NCBI RefSeq assembly: GCF_044704955.1
Contig: NC_091994.1
Coordinates: 95,108,001-95,172,000, forward strand
Direction: 5' to 3'
DNA: 64,000 nt
Source of the DNA: Pristiophorus japonicus
Taxonomy: Eukaryota
Shown here: positions 10,401-21,600 of the stretch, in pieces
How the letters are laid out: every line of letters starts with the position of its first letter
How positions within the stretch are numbered: position 1 is the first letter of the stretch
The notes under the pieces: generated by a model
Told to the model about the DNA's origin: nothing
What the model saw: the letters and a program-made list of their open reading frames with translations, nothing else
Database searches by the model: none
Made by a program: the position numbers and the translations under genes

Positions 10401-13400
10401 GGTCATAGGCTCTCAATATCCGTCTAATCGCTCCCCCTAGTGGTCCCGCTGCTGATTGACCTCAGCCTTCCAGTCATTAACTTTCTTTAAACAGAAATAG
10501 TTAATTGAAATACACAGTCAACTAAAGATACCAGTCACTCTCCTTCCAGCTAGCTCTGTGTCTCTCTAACACACACTGAAATGCTCCCTCTCTGTGATAT
10601 TTAATCCCTCATACTCTCCCTCTTTCTATGATATTTAACCCCTTGCTCTCTCATTGTCGTCCTGTGATATTAACCCTTCGCTTGATGGGATTGAAGGCTG
10701 ATAAATCCCCGGGGCCTGATAGTCTGCATCCCAGAGTACTTAAGGAAGTGGCCCTAGAAATAGTGGATGCATTGGTGATCATTTTCCAACAGTCTATCGA
10801 CTCTGGATCAGTTCCTATGGACTGGAGGGTAGCTAATGTAACATCACTTTTTTAAAAAGGAGGGAGAGAGAAAACGGGTATTATAGACCGGTTAGCCTGA
10901 CATCAGTAGTGGGGAAAATATTGGAATCAATCATTAAGGATGAAATAGCAGTGCATTTGGAAAGCAGTGACAGGATCGGTCAGTCCAAGTCAGCATAGAT
11001 TTATGAAAGGGAAATCATGCTTGACGAATCTTCTGGAACTAGCAGAGTGGACAAGGGAGAACCAGTGGATGTGGTGTATTTGGACTTTCAAAAGGCTTTT
11101 GACAAGATCCCGCACAAGAGATTGGTGTGCAAAGTCAAAGCACATGGTATTGGGGGTAATGTACTGATGTGGATAGAGAACTGGTTGGCAGACAGGAAGC
11201 AGAGAGTCGGGATAAACGAGTCCTTTTCAGAATGGCAGGCAGTGACTAGTGGAGTGCCGCAGGGCTCAGTGCTGGGACCCCAGTTCTTTACAATATACAT
11301 CAATGATTTGGATGAAGCAATTGAGTGTAATATCTCCAAGTTTGCGGATGACACTAAACTGGGTGGCGGTGTGAGCTGTGAGGGGGACGTTAAGAGGCTG
11401 CAGGGTGACTTGGGACAGGTTAGGTGAGTGGGCAAATGCATGGCAGATGCAGTATAATGTGGATAAATGTGAGGTTATCCATTTTGGGGGCAAAAACTCG
11501 AAGGCAGAATATTATCTGAATGGCGGCAGATTAGGAAAAGGGGAGGTGCAACGAGACCTGGGTGTCATGGTTCATCAGTCATTGAAGGTTGGCATGCAAG
11601 GAACAACAGGCGGTGAAGAAGGCAAATGGTATGTTGGCCTTCATAGCAAGGGGATTTGAGTATAAGAGCAGGGAGGTCTTACTGCAGTTGTACAGGGTCT
11701 TAGTGAGGCCTCACCTGGAATATTGTGTTCAGCTTTGGTGGTCTAATCTGAGGAAGGACGTTCTTGCTATTGAGGGAGTGCAGCGAAGGTTCCACCAGAC
11801 TAATTCCAGGGATGGCTGGACTGACATATGAGGAGAGACTGGATCAACTGGGCCTTTATTCACTGGAGTTTAGAAGGATGAGAGGAGATCTCATAGAAAC
11901 GTATAAGATTCTGATGGGACTGGACAGGTTAGATGCGGGAAGAATGTTCCCGATGTTGGGGAAGTCCAGAACCAGGGGACATAGGATAAGGGGTAGGCCA
12001 TTTAGGACTGAGATGAGGAGAAACTTCTTCACTCAGAGTTGTTAACCTGTGGAATTCCCTGCCGCAGAGAGTTGTTGATGCCAGTTCATTGGATATATTC
12101 AAGAGGGAGTTAGATATGGCCCTTATGGCTAAGGGGATCAAGGGGTATGGAGAGAAAGCAGGAAAGGGGTACTGAGGGAATGATTAGCCATGATCTTATT
12201 GAATGGCGGTGCAGGCTCGAAGGGCCGAATGGCCTACTCCTGCACTTATTTTCTATGTTTCGCTCTCTCCCTGTGATATTAACCCCTTGCTCTCTCCACC
12301 TGTGATATTAACCCTTTGTGCGCGCTCTCCCTGTGATATTAACCCCTCATTCTCTCCATGTAATATTAACCCTTTGCTCTCTCTCGCTCCCTGTGATATT
12401 AACCCCTCACACACTCTCTCCGTGATATTAACCCCTCACACATTCTCTCCCTGTGATATTAACCCCTCATTCTCTCCCTGTAATATTAACCCCTCACACA
12501 TTCTCCCTGTGATGTTAACCCCTCACACACTCTCTCCCTGTGATATTAACCCCTCACACACTCTCCCTGTGATATTAACCCCTCACACACTCTCCCTGTG
12601 ATGTTAACCCCTCACACACACTCTCCCTGTGATGTTAACCCCTCACACACACTCTCCCTGTGATGTTAACCCCTCACACACACTCTCCCTGTGATATTAA
12701 CCCCTCACACACTCTCTCTCCCTGTGATATTAACCCCTCGCTCTCTCCACCTATGATATTAACCCCTCGCTCGCTCTCTCCACCTGTGATATTAACCCCT
12801 CGCTCGCTCCATCTGTGATATTAATCCCTTGCGCGCTCGCGCCCCTATGATAATTCCTTACTCTCTCCCTGTGATATTAACTCCTCGTTCTCTCTCTCCA
12901 GCTGCTGTGGGGCGGGAGTTGCGGCCGATGCTGACGTTACAACACAGATGCTCTCCTCCAACATCCAGCTCCACACCCTGTCGACTGGGCGCAAACCCCG
13001 TGTGGTCATCGTTAACCGGATGCTGAAACAGATGCTGTTCAGGTGAGAGAGCAGTGACAGAGCAGGATACCTTACATTGCCGATTAGCTGTGATGGCTCT
13101 TTAGTCATTAGAATTAAACAGTGAGGTAGGGGTGACTCCCTGAACTGCTCTCCGCGTAATGTGCGGACCAGCAAGTTCCCAGCTTTGGGTCCCGGTCAGT
13201 GCTGAGTAAATTGAGGTAGTGAGGATGCTACTACACCATGCCTCAGTGTTACTGGGCATGGGTAGGAATGATCAGCCAGGGCTCCCACTCCAGGTCACTG
13301 ACCCGGGTTGGACAATGGTCGTGTGTCGATGTCAGAGAATTGACCTTGGCTTTGATGCCCCCACCGTCAAAGAGCCTGCTGTCACTCGGGGGTCTCTTGG

Positions 13401-15639
13401 TCATCTACCCATTCCAGGGTTGAAGATCTCCACAACCCCTCCCGCAGTGGTTTTGAAACTCCAGCCTGATTTCCATTCGCTGGGCAAGATTTAGGAGCCA
13501 AATGGGCCTCCCCAGCACAGCTCACCAGCTTGGGGGCCCAGAGATTCCACAAGGAAGATGAGTCGTGGTGGGTCGGGATGGGGGGGAGAGAGGGTGTCAC
13601 GATCACGGAAGACGGGGTGGGGAGGGTCACATTGGTGGGAGGGGTTTGGATTGTGTGGGACGGGGGGGGAGGTGGCCGTGGTGCTGGCGGGGGCTTGAAG
13701 AGAGTAGAGGTCATGAGGGGTATTGGGGAGGGTGGGGGTCCGGGGTGGGGTGGAGTCGTGAGTGTCGGTTGCGGGGGGGAGCTGGGGTTCACGGAGGCAG
13801 CGACCCAGATTATTTCAGTGGGTCACTCCTGCTCCTCCGGAGCTAACAGAAATAACTCGCCACTTGACTTTGCTGAACCTCTTCTCTTCCATTGCCAGTG
13901 GTACTGGTTGGAGTCAGCATGGTGCAGGGCCTGCCCAGTTCGGTCCTAAAATGGCTATCGAGGTCCTATTCATGACGTAGGACCCCAGTTTCCATATTAA
14001 ATGGGACGGACGGCCTGAATCAGGCCGGAGCTTTGGAGGAAGGCCACTTTCAAAATGGTGGCGGCCGCATCGCTGGTGTTAATGGGACGGAAAGGACATA
14101 GACCTCATTCTGTGACTGTTACTTCCCAGGTTAATGCCCGATGAGGGCTGTGAAAATCAAGCTCTCCCTGATTTAAACGGAGCATAATCTTTGTCTTCCT
14201 GTAGGTACCATGGGCAAATTGGTGCATCAGTGATCGTCGGGGGTGTGGACTGCACTGGGCCCCACCTGTACACCGTGTATCCTCACGGTTCCACGGACAT
14301 ACTGCCCTATGTCTCCATGGGTAAGGAACAGTTAACCGACAGGGTCTATAGGGTTAATCTGCTAAACAGGACAGGGGCTGGTAACTCTGAGAAATTCCAA
14401 CTGAATGGGAATTGGATAAATAACTTGAAAAGGAAAGATTTGCAGGGCTACGGGAAAAGAGCAGGAGACGGTTGGGCTAATTGGACAGCTGTTTCAAAGA
14501 GCTGGCACAGGCATGATGGGCCGAATGGCCTCCTTCTGCACTATATGGTTCTATGATTTACCCAGGGTCCATCTCTGTGCTCAGTTAGCGGGGGGGGGGG
14601 GGGGTGGCTGAGTTGGCCTCAGTACCCTGTTTCCAGCTGCGACCACAGTCTGCTGACTGTCCCAGGAAAGACAGGATCTGGTTGGATGGATTGCGGCAGG
14701 TTTCATCACATGACCTCCGGCTGCCCCCGCCTCCCCCTTTCCCCCCCCGCCTCCCCCTTTCCCCCTTTCCCCCCCCGCCTCCCCCTTTCCCCCCCCGCCT
14801 CCCCCTTTCCCCCTTTCCCCCACCCCCCCCCCCCCCCCAGGCTCCCACCATTAGTCACCAGACATGTCAAATCATTCTGAGACCCCGCCTTCCTCTTTCA
14901 ATTGGAAGGCAAGTAGTTTGTACCCGGATTGGTTGATTCTTGACTGTCGGTCAAGCAGCCCTTTTACCCATTTCCCACATTTTTATAATTAAGAAACTTC
15001 CCAATAATTATTGCATAAGAACATAAGAAATAGGAGCAGGAGTAGGCCATTTGGCCCCTCGAGCCTGCTCCGCCATTCAATGAGATCATGGCTCGCAGCA
15101 GTGGCCGGGATTTTATCTTTAATTGCTGGGGTCTCCAGGATAATCTGTGAGAGTTGACCCTAACTGATGTCCCCTGGTCAAGTAGCCTGGCTAGGCTCAC
15201 TCGCTGGGCTCCACGGGAAGCATGGGCAGGTGCGCTGGGTACCAGAGGGTGTCCAGTACCCTGGGACTGCAGCCCAGGGAGAGTCAGCACTTCAGGAAGG
15301 GGGGGAGAGATAACGCTTTGACCAGGTCAAGTTTCCTGTCTTGTTTTTCAAACCCTAGCCTGTTGTTTAATTCGGACGGCCCATGTTGGGGACTGTGGAC
15401 GGTAGGCCAGGGGCGAGGGTTTTACCGGGACAGTAATGAGTGTCCGTGTGCCTCCTGTCCGACAGGTTCTGGCTCCTGTGCTGCCATGGCTGTTCTGGAG
15501 GATCGTTTCAAGCCAGACATGGAGGTAAGTGACTGACTCGACGGGTATCGAGCACGCACTGCGCCATCCCCTCCCCCGCTGTCGCCATGGCAACACCTCC
15601 AGCCCAGAACCCCCGAGCTCAACAATCACTGATGGGGAG

Positions 15640-15692
<53 letters not shown>

Positions 15693-18600
15693 GGGGCCAT
15701 TGCACCAGTTTTACACGGGACTTACGCCAATCACTCCTCCGATAGGTATGCAAATGAGCAGACCCAGGAAACGCTCGGTTAAGTACCTCACCAACCACTG
15801 GGTGGTGCAAATCCTCTCCCATTGGCGCAAGAGCCGGAGCTGGATGAAGAATTCTCAGTGTTCTGGACACCAACACATTTGGGGTCTCTCCCCAACCCCG
15901 GCACCATCCCCCACCCTCCCCGGCATCATCCCCCACCCTCCCCGGCACCATAAGAACATAAGAATTAGGAACAGGAGTAGGCCATCTAGCCCCTCGAGCC
16001 TGCTCCGTCATTCAAAAAGATCATGGCTGATCTGGCCGTGGACTCAGCTCCACTTACCCGCCCGCTCCCCATAACCCTTAATTCCCTTATTGGTTAAAAA
16101 TCTATCTATCTGTGATTTGAATACATTCAATGAGCTAGCCTCAACTGCTTCCTTGGGCAGAGAATTCCACAGATTCACAACCCTCTGGGAGAAGAAATTC
16201 CTTCTCAACTCGGTTTTAAATTGGCTCCCCCGTATTTTGAGGCTGTGCCCCCTAGTTCTAGTCTCCCCGACCAGTGGAAACAACCTCTCTGCCTCTATCT
16301 TGTCTATCCCTTTCATTATTTTAAATGTTTCTATAAGATCACCCCTCATCCTTCTGAACTCCAACGAGTAAAGACCCAGTCTGCTCAATCTATCATCATA
16401 AGGTAAACCCCTCATCTCTGGAATCAGCCGAGTGAATCATCTCTGTACCCCCTCCAAGGCTAGTATATCCTTCCTTAAGTAAGGTGACCAAAACTGCACG
16501 CAGTACTCCAGGTGTGGCCTCACCAGTACCCTATACAGTTGCAGCAGGACCTCCCTGCTTTTGTACTCCATCCCTCTCGCAATGAAGGCCAATATTCCAT
16601 TCGCCTTCCTGATTACCTGCTGCACCTGCAAACTAACTTTTTGGGATTCATGCATAAGGACCCCCAGGTCCCTCTGCACAACAGCATGTTCTAATTTCTC
16701 CCAATTCAAATAATATTCCCTTTTACTGTTTTTTTTCTCCAAGGTGGATGACCTCACATTTTCCGACATTGTATTCCATCTGCCAAACCTTAGCCCATTC
16801 ACTTAACCTATCTAAATCTCTTTGCAGCCTCTCTGTGTCCTCTACACAACCCGCTTTCCCACTAATCTTTGTGTCATCTGCAAATTTTGTTACACTACAC
16901 TCTGTCCCCTCTTCCAGGTCATCTATGTATATTGTAAACAGTTGTGGTCCCAGCACCGATCCCTGTGGCACACCACTAACCACCGATTTCCAACCCGAAA
17001 AGGACCCATTTATCCCGACTCTCTGCTTTCTGTTAGCCAGCCAATTCTCGATCCATGCTAATACATTTTCTCTGACTCCGCGTACCTTTATCTTCTGCAG
17101 TAACCTTTTGTGTGGCACCTTATCGAATTGCCTTTTGGAAATCTAAATACACCACGTCCATCGGTACATCTCTATCCACCATGCTCGTTATATCCTCAAA
17201 GAATTCCAGTAAATTAGTTAAACATGATTTTCCCTTCATGAATCCATGTTGCGTCTGCTTGATTGCACTATTTCTATCTAGATGTCTCGCTATTTCTTCC
17301 TTAATGATAGCTTCAAGCATTTTCTCCACTACAGATATTAAACTAACCGGCCTATAGTTACCTGCCTTTTGTATGCCCCCTTTTTTAAACAGAGGCGTTA
17401 CATTAGCTGCTTTCCAATCCGCTGCCCAGAGTCCAGAGAATTTTGGTAGATTATAACGAATGCATCTGCTATAACTTCTGCCATCTCTTTTAATACCTTG
17501 GGATGCATTTCATCAGGACCAGGGGACTTGTCTACCTTGAGTTCCATTAGCCTGTCCAGCACTACCTCCCTAATGATAGTAATTGTCTCAAGGTCCTCCC
17601 TTCCCACATTCCCGTGACCAGCAATTTTTGGCATGGTTTTTGTGTCTTCCACTGTGAAGACCGAAGCAAAATAATTGTTTAAGGTCTCAGCCATTTCCAC
17701 ATTTCCCATTATTAAATCCCCCTTCTCATCTTCTAAGGGACCAACATTTACTTTAGTCACTCTCTTCCGTTTTATATATCGGTAAAAGCTTTTACTATCT
17801 GTTTTTATGTTTTGCACAAGTTTACTTTCGTAATCTATCTTTCCTTCCTTTATTGCTTTCTTAGTCATTCTTTGCTGTCGTTTAAAATTTTCCCAATCTT
17901 CTATTTTCCCACTAACCTTGGCCACCTTATACACATTGGTTTTTAGTTTGATACTCTCCTTTATTTCCTTGGTTATCCACAGCTGGTTATCCCTTCTCTT
18001 ACCGCCCTTTTTCACTGGAATATATTTTTATTGAGCACTATGAAAGAGCTCTTTAAAAGTTCTCCACTGTTCCTCAATTGTGCCACCGTTTAGTCTGTGT
18101 TCCCAGTCTACTTTAGCCAACTCTGCCCTCATCCCACTGTAGTCCCCTTTGTTTAAGCATAGTACGCTCGTTTGAGACACTACTTCCTCACCCTCAATCT
18201 GTATTACAAATTCAACCATACTGTGATCACTCATTCCGAGAGGATCTTTTACTCGGAGATCGTTTATTATTCCTGACTCATTACACAGGACCAGATCTAA
18301 GATAGCTTGCTCCCTTGTAGGTTACATAGAAACATAGAAAATAGGTGCAGGAGTAGGCCATTCGGCCCTTCTAGCCTGCACCGCCATTCAATGAGTTCAT
18401 GGCTGAACATGCAACTTCAGTACCCCATTCCTGCTTTCTCACCATACCCCTTGATTCCCCTAGTAGTAAGGACTCCATCTAACTCCTTTTTGAATATATT
18501 TAGTGAATTGGCCTCAACAACTTTCTGTGGTAGAGAATTCCACAGGTTCACCACTCTCTGGGTGAAGAAATTCCTCCTCATCTTGGTCCTAAATGGCTTA

Positions 18601-21600
18601 CCCCTTATCCTTAGACTGTGTCCCCTGGTTCTGGACTTCCCCAACATTGGGAACATTCTTCCTGCATCTAACCTGTCAAACCCCGTCAGAATTTTAAACG
18701 TTTCTATGAGGTCCCCTCTCATTCTTCTGAACTCCAGTGAATACAAGCCCAGTTGATCCAGTCTTTCTTGATAGGTCAGTCCCGCCATCCCGGGAATCAG
18801 TCTGGTGAACCTTCGCTGCACTCCCTCAATAGCAAGAATGTCCTTCCTCAGGTTAGGAGACCAAAACTGTACACAATACTCCAGGTGTGGCCTCACCAAG
18901 GCTCTGTACAACTGTAGCAACACCTCCCTGCCCCTGTACTCAAATCCCCTCGCTATGAAGGCCAACATGCCATTTGCTTTCTTAACCGCCTGCTGTACCT
19001 GCATGCCAACCTTCAATGACTGATGTACCATGACACCCAGGTCTCGTTGCACCTCCCCTTTTCCTAATCTATCACCATTCAGATAATAGTCTGTCTCTCT
19101 GTTTTTACCACCAAAGTGGATAACCTCACATTTATCCACATTCTAAGAAACAATCCCGTATGCATTCTATGAATTCCTCCTCCAGGCTACCCCGTGCGGT
19201 TTGATTTGACCAATCGATATGTAGGTTAAAATCCCCCATGATTACTGCCATTCCTTTTTCACATGCCTCCATTATTCCCTTGATTATTGTCCGCCCCACC
19301 GTGAAGTTATTATTTGGGGGCTTATAAACTACGCCCACTAGTGACTTTTTCCCCTTACTATCTCTAATCTCCACCCAAAATAATTCAACATTTTGTTCAT
19401 TAGAGCCAATATCATCTCTCACAACTGCCCTGATATCATCCTTTATTAACAGAGCTACCCCACCTCCTTTCCCTTCTTGTCTATCCTTTCGAATTGTCAG
19501 ATACCCCTGTATGTTTAATTCCCAGTCTTGGCCACCCTACAACCACGTTTCTGTAATGGCCACCAAATCATACCCATTTGTAATGATTTGTGCCGTCAAC
19601 TCATTTACTTTATTTCGAATCCTGCATGCGTTTAGGTAGAGTGTTTTAATACTAGTTTTTAAACCATGATTTTTAGTTTTGATCCCTCCTGCAGCCCCCT
19701 TATATTCATACATATTGTCCCTTCCTATCACCTTGTGGTTTACCCTTGCCCCAGTGCTACTCTGCTCTGTTGCCTCCTGCCTTTTGCATTATTTCTTGGG
19801 GTCCTGTTCATCTGAGCTCTCACCCACTCTAACTAGCTCAGAGCCCTCTCCTGGGTTCCGAATACTCCTCGCATTGAGGCACAAGGCTTTCAGGCTTGCC
19901 TTTTTATTACACTTTGACCCTTTAGAATTTTGCTGTACAGTGGCCCTTTGTGTTTTTTGCCTTGGGTTTCTCTGCCCTCCACTTTTCCTCATCTCCTTTC
20001 TGTCTTTTGTTCCCGTCTCCATTTTGTTTCCCTCTGTCTCCCTGCATTGGTTCCTATCCCCCTGCCATATTAGTTTAACTCCTCCCCAACAGCACGAGCA
20101 AACACTCCCCCTAGGACATTGGTTCCGGTCCTGCCCAGGTGCAGACCATCCGGTTTGTACTGGTCCCACCTCCCCCAGAACCGGTTCCAATGCCCCAGGA
20201 ATTTGAATCCCTCCCTGCTGCACCACTGCTCAAGCCACGTATTCATCTGAGCTATCCTGCGATTCCTACTCTGACTAGTGCGTGGCACTGGTAGCAATCC
20301 CGAGATTACTACTTTTGAGGTCCTACTTTTCAATTTAGCTCCTAGCTCCTTAAATTCGTCTCATAGAACCTCATCCCGTTTTTTACCTATATCGTTGGTA
20401 CCTATATGTACCACGACAACTGGCTGTTCACCCTCCCTTTTCAGAATGTCCTGCACCCGCTCCGAGACATCTTTGACCCTTGCACCAGGGAGGCAACATA
20501 CCATTCTAGAGTCTCGGTTGCGGCCGCAGAAACGTCTATCTATTCCCCTTACAATCGAATACCCTATCACTATTGCTCTCCCACTCTTTTTCCTGCCCTC
20601 CTTTGCAGCAGAGCCTGCCACGGTGCCATGAACCTGGCTGCTGCTGCCCTCCCCGGCACCATCCTCCGCCGTCCCCGGCACCATCCTCCGCCCTCCCCGG
20701 CACCATCCTCCGCCCTCCCCGGCACCATCCCCCGCCCTCCCCGGCACCATCCCCCGCCCTCCCCGGCACCATCCCCCGCCCTCCCCGGCACCCTCACCCC
20801 GCCCTCCCCGGCACCCTCACCCCGCCCTCCCCGGCACCCTCACCCCGCCCTCCCCGGCACCCTCACCCCGCCCTCCCCGGCACCCTCACCCCGCCCTCCC
20901 CGGCACCCTCACCCCGCCCTCCCCGGCACCCTCACCCCGCCCTCCCCGGCACCCTCACCCCGCCCTCCCCGGCACCCTCACCCCGCCCTCCCCGGCACCC
21001 TCACCCCGCCCTCCCCGGCACCCTCACCCCGCCCTCCCCGGCACCCTCACCCCGCCCTCCCCGGCACCCTCACCCCGCCCTCCCCGGCACCCTCACCCCG
21101 CCCTCCCCGGCACCCTCACCCCGCCCTCCCCGGCACCCTCACCCCGCCCTCCCCGGCACCCTCACCCCGCCCTCCCCGGCACCCTCACCCCGCCCTCCCC
21201 GGCACCCTCACCCCGCCCTCCCCGGCACCCTCACCCCGCCCCCCTCACCCCGCCCTCCCCGGCACCCTCACCCCGCCCTCCCCGGCACCCTCACCCCGCC
21301 CTCCCCGGCACCCTCACCCCGCCCTCCCCGGCACCCTCACCCCGCCCTCCCCGGCACCCTCACCCCGCCCTCCCCGGCACCCTCACCCCGCCCTCCCCGG
21401 CACCCTCCCCAGCAGCCCCCCTCCCCCACCCTCCGGCATCCTCCCCAGCACCATGAAAACGCAGACATGTAGAAAAATGCATGAAGAAATAGGCTATAGA
21501 ATATTTACACACTGCGTTATTAATAAAGTGCTTATCACAGTACCTTGTACTACTGCACATTGCCTGCATCTTTTCTGTGTTATGGTGAGTTACCCTTGGG

